From the human T2T-CHM13v2.0 reference genome, Homo sapiens, in the NCBI RefSeq assembly GCF_009914755.1, contig NC_060947.1: 64,000 nucleotides of DNA; one strand, 5' to 3'. The notes under the pieces were generated by a model that worked only from the letters and a program-made list of their open reading frames with translations, searched no databases and had not been told where the DNA came from. The position numbers and the translations under genes were made by a program. Shown here one piece after another: positions 29,576-50,259 of the stretch (position 1 is its first letter; each line of letters begins with the position of its first letter).

Positions 29576-29882
29576 TGTGTGTGTGAGTGTGTGTCTTTTT
29601 AAGACAAGGTCTAGCTCTGTTGCCCAGGCTGGAGTGCAGTGATGTGATCATGGTTCATTGTATCCTTGACCTCCTGGGCTTAAGTGATCCTCCTGCCTCA
29701 GCCTCCTGAGTAGCTGGGACCACAAGTGCATGCCACTACACCAAGCTAATTTTTTCATTTTTAGTAGAGATGGGGTTTTGCTATGTTACTCAGGCTGGTC
29801 TCTAACACCTGGCCTCAAGCGATCCTCCCACTTTGGCCTCCCAAAGTGCTGGGGTTATAGGCATGAGCCACCACACCTGGCC
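29576..29882 (-). mobile_element. AluJ (TG-rich tail)
   Basis: Diverged dimer. Confidence 0.9.
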
Positions 29883-30097
29883 TATTTATATTTTTTAACC
29901 ATCATCTCCCCATGCACCCCACCCCCAGCCTCTGGTAACTACCATTCTATTCTCTGCTTCTATGAGTTCAAGTTTTTTAGATCCCACATATAATTGAGAA
30001 CATGTAGTATTTGCTTTTCTATTCTGGCTTATATTACTCAGCATAATGCTCTCTAATTCCATCCATGTTGTTGCTGCAAGTGACAAAATTTTCTTCC

Positions 30098-30679
<582 letters not shown>

Positions 30680-30688
30680 TGAATGGCA

Positions 30689-38375
<7,687 letters not shown>

Positions 38376-38699
38376 CTGAATAGTATTCCATTATGTATAT
38401 ATACCACATTTTCTTTATCCATTCATCTGATGACGGACACTTGGATTGATTCCATAACCTAGCTAATATGAATAGTGCTGCAATGAACATGGGAGTGCAG
38501 ACATCTTTTTGACAAACTGATATAAAATCTTTTGGGCAAATACCCAGAAATGAGATTGCTGGGTTAGAAATGTATAGATATGAATGACATAAATTGGCTA
38601 AGCTCCTAAAAGGGAATCTCTCTGCCAGCCACTATATGGTTGTATCTTGTTAGATTGTTGGGCTTTGATAATGTATTAATCTAACACTAACCATAATAA

Positions 38700-38855
38700 A
38701 TAATGAAAAAAATAGTTAATACTTAATGAGCACTTATTGTTGTCAGGTGCTATACTCAGCATTTCACATGTATGAACTCATTAAATCTTTACCTCAACCA
38801 TATGAAGTAGGTGCTGTTATCATCTCCATTTTACAGGTAAGGAAACAGGCACAGA
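38700..38855 (-). mobile_element. MIR fragment
   Basis: atgagcacttattg...ccattttacaggtaaggaaacaggcacaga. Confidence 0.8.
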
Positions 38856-39740
38856 CTGATATGTGGATTTTGCTGTCTCTAAGTTTATATAAATAAAGCA
38901 GCATTCTTGGGGATGGATGTTTTCTCTCAAGAGGATGCCAGTCCAGTCAAGCTCTGCCTAAATTGGGGTTGCATTTATCATCTAAGAATCTCTGGTGGCC
39001 ATGTTAATCCTGATGGTGTGGATGAAAGGCTGGAGACTATTTGAACTTTTTTTAGGAAACTATTCCCCTTCTGCTTTTACCAGGACTGCCGCTGCTAAAA
39101 GGGGCTATCAGAAGTCTTAGAAACATGTTGGTTAATTTCAAAATGTTACCAGAAAGGTGAAGCTAATGTTATCTTTTGGGAGAACAGCCTGAACTCCACA
39201 ATTTGTTATAACGGACTTAGCATCAATTAAGAGATCCAGGACATGAGGATTTTAAGTCATGGATACTAACTCTGGAAACTCTGATTAACCAAGCAAATAT
39301 ACCTCTAGTTGTGCTTAGGAATTTCTTACCTCAGTCAGATATCTCTGGCTATGAACTTGTTAACTGTTAATGTTGAGTGTTTTTTAATGTAATCAACATT
39401 GTAACCTATATAACTATTAGCCTTATAACTATTGGCTACAGGCTATCATCCTAGAAAGCTCTTGGAGTGGGGATGAGGGGCTGAGTAACAAAACATTCCT
39501 GGGATAGACTGTTCCCTCTTTATCTTACTCCTCCTTATTCTCTCCCTCTTCTTTTCTTTCAAGCAAATATTCTCAGTCCAAAACTCTTACCAAAATACAC
39601 AATCAGGTTTGTAACTGGATAGAAAGAAACTCTATTTAGATAGCTTCCAATCTCCTTTTTAGTTGCAACATGAACAGCGAGCTAATGACAGGTGGGAGAC
39701 ATTTTGCAAATTGCACCAATTGTACAAAAACACAAGGTAA

Positions 39741-40045
<305 letters not shown>

Positions 40046-40402
40046 AACGCAAGGTAAACTTTTAACGTGGAATAGAAAAAATAATTTTGTTAAATCCCTG
40101 GGATGGAAATAACATAGCGACCAAAAGAGTACATCTTTCTCTCACATGGCAAAGTTTTCTTCTTGATGCTACAGTATAAAAGTAAAAAGCACGGTTTCAG
40201 TCTTCCACCAGATGTTTAACCCCAATCCCCACTGTTGTTTTTCACAAAGCTTCTGGGATCACCTGTTCCACTTAATTCTCACTGCTGAGGGCAGGGTGGT
40301 CTGCTATTCCACTATACCTGCTTTGCTGCCAATAGTCTCCTGGCTCAGGTTCATCTCACTTCAAATTCTCTTGCATACCTTGCCAGATCAATCTTCCTAA
40401 AA

Positions 40403-40685
40403 TCCTGTTTCTCAAACTGTGCTTTGGGAAACATTAGCCCTGATACATGCTCCTCATTAAAAGGAGGATTTTGTGCTAATGTGAGTTTAAGAACCAGGGC
40501 ACATTCAAATCCCTCCTGAAGATTCACTATGTTTATTATCATGTTAAAGGGTCTGAGAAGTCCTGCAATAAAGAACCATCTCTAACTTTAACCCTACATT
40601 CCCCAAACTTAATTGCCCACATAACTTTTTTTCATGTAACATCAATTAATATTACATACCACACCTTTTTTTCAGAAATGATGTA
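40403..40685. mobile_element. MER103-like hAT DNA transposon remnant
   Basis: ctgtttctcaaactgtg start; aagggtctgagaagtcctgcaataaagaa motif. Confidence 0.55.
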
Positions 40686-41164
40686 CTAAAGCATTGCTTT
40701 AGTCATGCTATTTTCCCAGTTATAATATGTCCAGTGGTTCCCCAGCCTTACTTCAAGGACCTTTGGAACTTGATCTGAACTTAATCCAGTCCAATTTCAT
40801 CTCCCTTTGCTTCACTCCATGAAACATTTTTTTTTTCCAATTAGACTGCTTTCATCATTCTGTACTCATCACATGCTGAGGGCCAGGTGAGGAGCTGAGG
40901 CCAAGAATGGTTAGGGACAGAGATCTGAGACTTTAGGTAGGGGTCATTAGTTAGTAGGTATGCTTGGAAGGACCAGCAGCAGGAACATGGGAGTCGGACA
41001 ACCCAAGTAGGATGAGGTGAAGGTAGAGTTCAGGGTGAGTAGGTGTGAGAATGATGTAGCTGGAAATGACTTATAATATGAGGTATAACCATGGACACAC
41101 CGTGCAAGTCCTTATAGCCAGAGAAGTAAACATCAAGACAGGGAAGATTCCTAAAGGAAGTGCC

Positions 41165-41248
41165 AAAAAAAGAAAGAAAGAAGGAAAAAAGAAAGAAAGA
41201 AGGGAGGAAAGAGAGAAAGAAAGAAAAGAAAAGAAAAAAGAAAAGAAG
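41165..41248. repeat. GA-rich low-complexity tract; nearby (TG)n 41346-41371
   Basis: aagaaagaaagaaggaaaaaagaaag... Confidence 0.9.
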
Positions 41249-41436
41249 TGGTAGGTGAGATCAGGTCAACTATTTCTCATGTGCAGAAGCAGCTATAGTG
41301 CCTGCCAGGATGAGATCAGAAACTGAAACATCCCTAAAGACGGGATGTGTGTGTGTGTGTGTGTGTGTGTGTTGCCTTTGTTCAAGGCAGTGATTGTTGA
41401 TATTCTTTGAGAATCTGATGGAAGTTATGAGCCTTC

Positions 41437-41625
41437 TTGCTATGGTTCGAATTTGTCCTCCAAGATTTATGTGTTGAAACTTAATCCTCAATTAAGTTTC
41501 TTTAATCCTTAATCCTTAATTAAGAGGTGGGGCCTTTTGGAAAGTGACTAAGTCATGAGGACTACACCCCCTTGAATGGGTTAGTGTCTTTTAAAAGGGC
41601 TGGAGGGAACTAACTTAGGTCCCTG
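41437..41625 (+). mobile_element. MST/MLT1A-type LTR 5' fragment
   Basis: tgctatggttcgaatttgtcc...aagaggtggggcctttt...aagggctggagggaac; truncated at L1. Confidence 0.75.
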
Positions 41626-41627
41626 GA

Positions 41628-43618
41628 TATACATCAATAATGTTAAAGCTGAGAATCAAATCAAGAATACAATCTCATTTATAATAGCCACAAAAATGTA
41701 AATACCTAGGAATACAGACAACTAAGGAGGTGAAGGATTTCTACTAAAAGAACTACAAAACATGTTGAAAGAAATCAGAGACTACACAAATAAATGGAAA
41801 AACATTCCATGCTCATGATTTGGAAAAATCAGTATTGTTAAAATGGCCATACTGCCCAAAGCAATTTGCAGAGTCGATGCTATTCCTATCAAACTACCAA
41901 CATCATTTTTCACAGAATTAGTAAAAAAATTATTGTAAAATTCATATGGAACTAAAAAAGAGCCTGAAGAGCCAAACCAATCCTAAGCAAAAAGAACAAA
42001 GCTGGAGGCATTGCACTACTTAACTTCAAACTATACTAAAAGACTAGAGTAACCCAAACAGCATGGTACTGATACAAGAACGGACGTATAGACCAATGGA
42101 ACAGAATAGAGAACTTAGAAATAAAGCTGCACACCTACACGCATCTGATCTTTGACAAAGTCAACAAAAATAAGCAATAGGAAAAGACTCTTTATTCAAT
42201 AAATTGTGTGGGGATAACTGGCTAGCCATTTGCAGAAAAATGAAACTGGACCCAGAAATTTTACCGTATACAAAAATTAACTCAAGATGGATTAAAGATT
42301 TCAATGTAAGACCTTAAATTATATGAATCCTAGAAAACCTAGGAAATACCATTCTGGACATTGGCCTTGGGAAATAATTCATGACTAAGTCCTCAAAAGT
42401 AATTGCAACAAAAACAAAAATTGACAAGTGGGAACTAAATAAACTAAAGAAACTATAATTAAACTAAAGAAACAGGCCAGGCACGGTTGCTCACGCCTGT
42501 AATCCCAGCACTTTGGGAGGCTGAGGCGGGTGGATCACTCAAGGTCAGGAGTTCGAGACCAGCCTGCCTAACATGGTGAAACCCCATCTCTACTAAAAAT
42601 ACAAAAATTAGCTGGGTGTGATGGCGGACGCCTGTAACTCCAGCTATTCGGGAGGCTGAGGCAGGAAGATCTCTTGAACCCAGGAGGCGGAGATGGCAGT
42701 GAGCCAAGATCGTGACACTGCACTCCAGCCTGGGTAACAGAGCGAGATTACATCTCAAAAAAAAAAAAAAAAAAAAAAAGAAAAGAAAAAAAAGAAAGAA
42801 AGACATACAAGTGGCCAAAAAACATGAACAAATGAGCCACATCACTAATCATCAGAGAAATGCAAATCGAAACCACAATGAGATATCATCTCACACCAGT
42901 CAGAATGGCTATTATTAAAAAAGTCAGAAAGCAACAAATGTTGACAAGGCTGCAGAGAAAAGGGAACACTTACATACTGTTGGTGTGAATGTAAATTAGT
43001 TTGGCCACTGTGGAAAGCAGTTTGGTGATTTCTCAAATAACTTAGAACTACTATTTGACCCAGCAATCCCATTACTGGGTATATATCCAAAAGAAAATTA
43101 ATCATTCTGTTATACCAAAAAGACACATGCACTTGTATGTTCATCACAGCACAATACACAATAGCAAAAACATAGAATCAACCTAGATGTCCATCAATGG
43201 TGGATTGTATGAAGAAAATGTGGTACATATACACCATGATATACTATACAGCCATAAAAATGAACAAAATCATGCCCTTTGCAGCAACATGAATGCAGCT
43301 AGAGGCCATGATCCTAAGTGAATTAAAGCAGGACCAGAAAACCAAATACCACTTGTTCTCAGTTATAAGTGGGAGTTAAACATTTGGTACACATAGTCAT
43401 AAAGATGGGAACAATAGACATTGGGGACTAGTAAGAGCAAGGAGGGACAGAGGTGGGCAAGGGTTGAAAAACTACCTATTGGGTACCATGCTCACTACCT
43501 GAGTGATGGGATCAGTTGTACCCCAAACCTCAGCATCATGCAACATACCAGTGTAACAAACCTGCAAATGTACCCCTGAATGTAAAATAGAAGTTGAAAG
43601 TATAAAAAAATAAAAAAT
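41628..43618 (+). mobile_element. 5'-truncated L1PA (about L1PA15/16) with AluS at 42475-42800
   Basis: ORF2 3' half and 3'UTR ...cccaaacctcagcatcatgcaacatacc...; A-tail then (TCTA)n. Confidence 0.92.
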
Positions 43619-43749
43619 TTTATCTATTTATCTATCTATCTATCTAAGGAAACTTTAAATTTCACTCATGGAAAAGCCCATGTTCTATCACAAAAGTATA
43701 TGGTCAAATTCCTCAGACCCTGGGTTTTTTTTTTTGGTAGGTATACTTT

Positions 43750-44141
43750 ATATTTTCATTATGATACAAAGGTAGACAGAACAGTATAAAGAAACCCCAT
43801 GTTCCCATCACTCAGATTCAACAACTATTAACTAATAATCAATCTTGTTACTTCTATATCCCCACTACTTTCCCAACTCTACCCCACCCTATCCCACAGT
43901 TGCCATCCATACACTGTTATTGGTTGATACGTCTCATATTTACTTTAATTTACAGGTTCCCCTCCTATCTCTTTATTTTTGGTAATTTATTTGTTGAAGA
44001 AACTGGATGGTTTATTTAGTAGAGTTTTTGACATCCTGGATTTTGCTGAAAGCTTTCCCATAGTGTTTAACATTTTTCTCTGTCCTCTTTATTTCCTATA
44101 AAGTAGTGGTTGGCTGTTGATGCTTATTCAGGTTCAGGTTC
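43750..44141 (-). mobile_element. Old L1ME/MC 3' fragment
   Basis: acagtataaagaaaccccatgttcccatcactcag; tttatttgttgaagaaactgg...ggattttgctga. Confidence 0.65.
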
Positions 44142-44850
44142 TTTTTTAATAGCCTCAATTATTGAACACTTGGATCAACTCATAACCAATAATTGAAAAA
44201 AGGCCCTCTAATGCATTTAATCAATTCTACTATTGTAATTACTACCCAACAACTCATTAATATACAGAAACATGGAAAAACTATCATCCACCCATTCTTC
44301 ATGCAGCAGTTTGCCACTCTTGAACAACAGTGCTCATGTCACTGAATCTGAGTAGTTACTTTTCACACCATCTTGAGTGAGGGGATGACTTAAGCTCACA
44401 TGCAATATATAAATATTTCCTTGCAATAAAGTAACAAGTTAAGGCAAAACATTTTGCATAATTTACTACTAAACACCATAAAAACTGCCTTAACTTAAGC
44501 TCTTTTTCGCCATATCAAGCAGGCTAACAGGGCATCCTAAGGCACGTTAGAGACTCTCTCATCACAGATGACGCAAAGGTTAAAATCTTCAAATAACAGC
44601 ACCAGGTATGCTTCCCCAGTCTTCTGAAGCACTCTATGGCTGCACTCTGGAAACTGAAATCTATTTTGAAGTCCTGGATGATTTCCCTTATCAACTTCTG
44701 GATCAGAAGCCTTATTGCTTTCCAGCCTGTAAGACAAGGCTTTCTAAACCCTTGGCAGCCTTAGTGGCCAGCTAATTTTGTGGGGCTTTCAAGTGGCGGA
44801 TTTGTGAGCAATACAGTGTCACTCATTTTCTTTAACCCAATAATAAAGTC
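44142..44850 (-). pseudogene. H3-3B: Processed pseudogene of histone H3.3 (H3-3B/H3F3B type); disrupted CDS 44826-44495 plus 3'UTR
   Basis: Minus strand: KAPQN*LATKAA..LLIQKL..REIIQDFKIDFSFQSAAI..LQKTGEAYLVLLFEDFNLC..RA*; QSAAI (44635-44649) is H3.3-specific; post-stop gttaaggcagtttttatggtgtttagtagtaaatt matches recalled H3F3B 3'UTR; intronless. Symbol is the parent gene. Confidence 0.93.
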
Positions 44851-44859
44851 TTCTAGAAA

Positions 44860-47303
44860 TATTTAATAGACAAAGATTTAATATAATCATGGTGTACAGT
44901 GTGATGATCTAATACACATATACATTGTGAAATGTTTCATAATCAAATTAATTAACACCTCTCTGACCACCCATGGTGTATATTAGAGCCCCAGAACTGG
45001 TTCATCTTATAATTGTAAGTTTGTACTCTTTGACCAACTTCCCCCCATTCTTCCAGCACAGGTTGCCCGTGGCAACTGCTGCTCTACTCTCTGCTTCTGC
45101 GATTTTAACTTTTTAAGATTTTACATATAAGTGAGATCATCCAGCATTTGTCTTTCTGTATCTGGCTTATTTCACTTAGCATAATGTCCTCCAGGTTCAT
45201 TCATGTTGTCACAAGTGGCAGAATTTCCTTCTTTTATATGGCTGAATAATATTTCTCTCTCTCTCTCTCTCCCTCTCTCTCTCTCTCTCTGTGTGTGTGT
45301 TTGTGCGTATGTGACGTTTTCTTCATCCATTAATCCATTGATGAACCCTTAGGTTGATTTCATGTCTTGGCTAGTGTGAATAGTGCTGCAATAAATATGG
45401 GAACACAGATGTCTCTTTGACATAGTGATGTCATTTTATTTGGATATATACCTAGAAGTGGTATTGCTGGATTGTATGGTAATTCATTTTACATTTTTTG
45501 AGTGATGTGATGGTTAATATTGAGCGTCAACTTGACTAGATCGAAGGATGCAAAGTATTGTTCCTGGGTGTGTCTGAGACGGTGTTGCCAAAGGAGATTA
45601 ACATTTGAGTCAGTGGACTGGGAAAGGCAGACCCACCCTCCATCCAGGTGGGCACAATCTAATCAGCTACCAGCTGGCCAGAATAAAAGCAGACAGAAGA
45701 ACGTGGAGAGACTAGATTGGCTTAGTCTCTCGGCCAAATCTTTTTCTCCGACTGGATGCTTCCTGCCTTCGAACATTAGACCATAAGTACTCTTGGATCT
45801 TCGACCACAGACTGAAGGCTGTTGCACTGTCGGCTTCCCTACTTTTGAGGTTTGGGACTCAGACTGGCTTCCTTGCTCCTCAGCTTGCAGATAGCCTATT
45901 GTGAGACCTCACCTTGTGATCATGTGAGTCAATACTCCTTAATAAGCTCCCCTTTATATATACATATATCCTATTAGTTCTGTCCTAATACAAGAGACCG
46001 CTATACTGTTTTCCACAGTGGTTTAATAAATTTACATTTGCACCAACAGTGCATAAGGGGTCCTTTTACTCTATACCCTCTCCAACACATGTTACTTCTG
46101 TCTTTGATAATAGCCATCTGAACAGGTATGAAATGATACCTCATGGTGATTTTTATTTGCATTTTCCTGATGATTAGTGATGTTGAGCATCTTTTTATAT
46201 ACCTGCTGGCCATTTGAATATCTTCTTTGGAAAAATGTTTATTCAGATCATTTGCCCATTTTATAATCAGGTTATTATTATTATTTTTTGCTATTGAGTT
46301 GTGTGATTTCCTTATATATTTTAGATATTAACTCCTTATCAGATATATGGTTTGTAATATTTTCCCATGCTGAAAGTTGTAGTTTCATTTTGTTGATTGT
46401 TTCTTTTGCTGTGTAGTCCCATTTGTTTATTTTTGCTTTTATTGCCTGTGTTTTGGTGTCGTGTCAAAAAAAAAAATCACTGCCAAGACAAATGTTGAGC
46501 TTTTCCCCTATGCTTTCTTTGAGGAGTTTTGTGATTTCAGACCTTGTTTCAGATCTATTTAAGTCTTTAATCCATTTTGAGTTATTTTTGCACATGGTGT
46601 AAGAAAAGGGTCCAATTTCACTCTAGCATTAAAAAGAGTAAAATACTTAGGAATAAATTTAGCCAAGGAGGTGAAAGATCTGTACACTGAAAACTATAAG
46701 ACATTAATGAAAGAAATTGTATTATAAAAATGAAAGGAAAATGTATTTAAAAAATGGAAAATTATATTACTAAAATAAATGGAAAATATGTCATGTTCAT
46801 AAATTGGAATAATTAATATTGTCAAAATGTCTATACTACCCAAAATGATCTACAGGTTCAATGCCATCAATCCCTATCACATTTCCAATGGCATATTTCA
46901 CAGAGATAGAAAACACAATCCTAAAGTTCATATGGAACCACAAAAGACCCTGAATGGCCGAAGCAATCTTGAGAAAAAAGAACAAAGTTAGAGGCATCAC
47001 ACGCCTTGATTTCAAACTATATTACAAAGTTATAGTAATCAAAACAGTATGGTACCAGCATAAAAACAGACACATAGACCAATGGAAAGAAATAGAGACC
47101 TCAGAAATAAAAAATAAAACCATGCATATATGGTTAGCTAGTTTTTGACAAGGGCACCAAGAATACACAATGAGGATAGGAAAGTCTCTTCAATAGATGG
47201 TATTGGGAAAACTGGATATCCACATGCTAAAGAATAAAATTGGACATTTATCTTATACCATATTCAAAAATTGACTCAAAATGGATTAAAGACTTAAATG
47301 TAA
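44860..47303 (-). mobile_element. L1MA with 5' inversion (minus 44860-46622, plus 46623-47303), interrupted by MLT2A LTR
   Basis: L1 3' end on minus strand, orientation switch at ~46622, plus part encodes [22 protein letters not shown] (ORF2). Confidence 0.85.
45506..45992 (+). mobile_element. MLT2A (HERV-L) solo LTR, MLT2A1-like
   Basis: tgtgatggttaatattgagcgtcaacttga...ctattagttctgtcctaataca; TSD agtga / agaga. Confidence 0.93.
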
Positions 47304-47439
47304 GTTCTCAAACCAAAGGCTTAAAGTGCTTCTGTATCTCTCTCTGCTGCTGCTTAGCAACCTAACTTAGCAACCAAACTAAGAAACAAAGCTGCTCTTT
47401 CAACAAATACCTAACTTTCCCACTCTTAGAATCAATATA

Positions 47440-47742
47440 TTTGTTTTGTTTTGTTTTTGAGATGGAGTCTCACTCTGTTGCTTAGGCTGGAGTGCAGTGG
47501 CGCAATCTTGGCTCACTGCAACGTCTGCCTCCTGGGTTCAAGTGATTCTCCTGCCTCGGCCTCCTGAGTAACTGGGATTACAGGCATGCACCACCTCACC
47601 CAGCTAATTTTTTTGTATTTTTAGTAGAGACGGGGTTTCGCCATGTTTGCCAGGCTGGTGTTGAACTCCTGACCTCAAGTGATCCACCCAGCTCAGCCTC
47701 CCAAAGTGCTGGGATTACAGGCATGAGCCACTGAGCCTGGCC
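47440..47742 (-). mobile_element. AluS
   Basis: Full dimer; TSD aatcaat(a/g)tattt. Confidence 0.95.
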
Positions 47743-48645
47743 AAAATCAATGTATTTTTAAAGAATATATATATATATATGTATACAGAAAGTAGGTCAA
47801 TGAAACAACCAGGCTGGTAACATATATACCAATCTCACAATTGGCTCAGTTGTATTTGAAAGGCTGTACTTTCATGTATGTGTGGACAAAGTTGTAAGTA
47901 TTCTACTCACTGGTATTTATTTATTTTAAATATGTATGCCATCCCTTCAGGATTATCCAGCAGGTTGGAGATGAGGGTATGTGGATACTTGTCCCTTTAC
48001 TATTACCACTCAGGCTGTAAACAGTGGGATAAAAATGGGGCAAATCTGGAGCTTGCTGTTTTATTTTTCTGGCCATGAGAAAGTGTATTTATTTTGAGGA
48101 GACTCAGACCATTGGTGCAATTTTAGGTCCTTGAGGAAACAATGCCTGAACTTCCATTTCTGAGAATTTACTCAGTAAAGAAGACACGTAACTATTGGAA
48201 ATAATTAAATCTAGTCCGGGTGGGCTGTGCTGCTGCTATTGCTTCAGGCCAGAGGTGGTTTGGACAGAAATAGGCCAAGATGAAACATACCGCTCTTCGG
48301 AACTCCAGGTTTGGACCTGGAACCAGACATTTAACAGGTGCGAACACAGAAAATAAAGGATAGCAGTTCTGCTTGTTCCTGTACGTAGGTGCCTTAGATT
48401 TTCAGAAGCAAGATCCAGGTCATGCCAAGTCCCTGCAGACAGTGATGAGATGCTCCCACAGAAGTACTGTGTGCAGACAATGCTTCTGGGGCTGTTGCTG
48501 GAGAGGTGGATATTTGTGTCTATAAGATCAGTCTGCCAACTACTTAGTAGACTGATGCCATCAGTCAGAAAGTGGTAGCTTCCTCTCTCAGCTCTTATGA
48601 TACCTAGGATTAGGAATGACAGAGCTGCTGTGAACTCTTCCAGGA

Positions 48646-49067
48646 TGATGTGGTTTGAATCTGTATCGCCACCAAATCTCATGTCGCATAGTACTCTCCA
48701 GTGTTGGTGGTGTGGCCTGGTGGGAGGTGATTGGATCATGGGAGCTGAGTTCTCACGAATGGGTTAGCACCACCCCTTTGGTGCTGTTCTTGTGATAATG
48801 AATGAGTGAGTTGTCGTGAGATTTGGTTGTTTAAAAGTGTGTAGCACCTCCCCCCTTCTCTCTTCTTCCTGTTCTGGCCATATAATATGTGTCTGCTTCT
48901 TCTTCACTTTCCACCATGATTGTAAGTCTCCTGTGGCCTCCCCAGAAGCAGAAGCTATTATGCTTCCTGTATAGCCTGCAGAACTGTGAGCCAATTAAAT
49001 CTCTTTTCTTTATAAATTACCAAATCTCAGATATTTCTTTATAGCCGTGCAAGAATAGACTAATGCA
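48646..49067 (+). mobile_element. MSTA-like solo LTR
   Basis: tgatgtggtttgaatctg...agactaatgca; TSD cagga / tagga. Confidence 0.92.
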
Positions 49068-49608
49068 TAGGAGGTGTCTCTAGGACAAGCAGTTCATGAA
49101 CTGATGTCTAGGTCTGGCCAGTGAAAGTGAGGCAGGCTGAGTATGAGAGCCATTTTGGAAGGAAAAAAAATGACTAGAAGCATATTGAGGTTGAGGTCAG
49201 GCTGGAATGGAGAGATACCCTATTAGTGGGATGGAAGGCCAAATATAACACTGGAATACTAATCTGAAAACCTAGTTTGGACTCTACTTCTGGCCTTAGA
49301 GTGGTGGGTTTCTAGTCTTAGGTTTTTATAACTTTCCAGACTAGAGGCTGTAAGTTTTTCCAAAATAGAGAGGGGTTGAAGCTGAAGGTACAGGGACCAG
49401 GCTACCAGGATTTAGAAATCTGCAAAGGAAAAAGCTAAGTAGGATTGAACCTAATCATTTTGAGTGTACTTCTAAGAATTGTTTAAGTGGCCCAATTGAC
49501 ATCTTAAAATCTAGGTTCCCTTCTGCCTTCCCCATTTTCTGGACAGCTAGTTATTTGCAATTAGCAATGAGTTAATTGCTTGGAAATATTTGCTTAACTG
49601 GGCCAAGA

Positions 49609-49732
49609 TTTATTTTTATTTTTATTAAAAAAAATTTTTTTATTCCCATAGGTTATTGAGGAACAGGTGGTGTTTGGTTACATGAGTAAGTTCTTTAGTG
49701 GGGATTTGTGAGATTTTGGTGCACCCAACACC
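49609..49732 (-). mobile_element. Very short L1PB-like 3' end insertion
   Basis: T-rich tail + gaacaggtggtgtttggttacatg...gattttggtgcaccca (similar to 56060-56130); exact TSD ctgggccaaga. Confidence 0.9.
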
Positions 49733-50259
49733 CTGGGCCAAGACTTAAACTTGCTTCCAGGAAAGCATCTTGGAGAGTCAGAAGCCTTTAATGGGTAATT
49801 GGCTGCAAAATGGAAATTAGATGGAGAAGGAATCCATCTCTATTAATCTCCACTTAGGCAGTGATTAGACTTGTGAATAGAGCTAAGAATTTAATTGCTC
49901 AATGTCATCAGGGAGTCAATTATTTTAATCTCTCTTCAATAGTTATCTATTAATTAACTAGGAATAAAGAGGACAATAATTGGAGATGAATTTGTTCAGC
50001 TATCTTGTGCCCTGTAGAGTCAATATTCTTGGCTGTTAATGACCTCTTGGACAAAAGAAAGTAGGCACAAAGAGACATTCTAAAAAGAGGCAACTAGCTG
50101 GAGGTGATGCTTGGTTGAGAGCAATATGATAGACTAGGTAGACATGGGGTATCCTTCATTCTCTCCCAACTTTTTCCAGCCATCTTTTTCCCAGGGCCCT
50201 ACGTAACAGTCCCAGTCCTGAGACTACCCTGCTTGTAGGCATCAACCCAAGGTTTCATG

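Noticed and set aside
48236-48739. 167-aa minus-strand ORF
   Set aside because: Begins in antisense MSTA LTR; no recognisable homology; consistent with chance.
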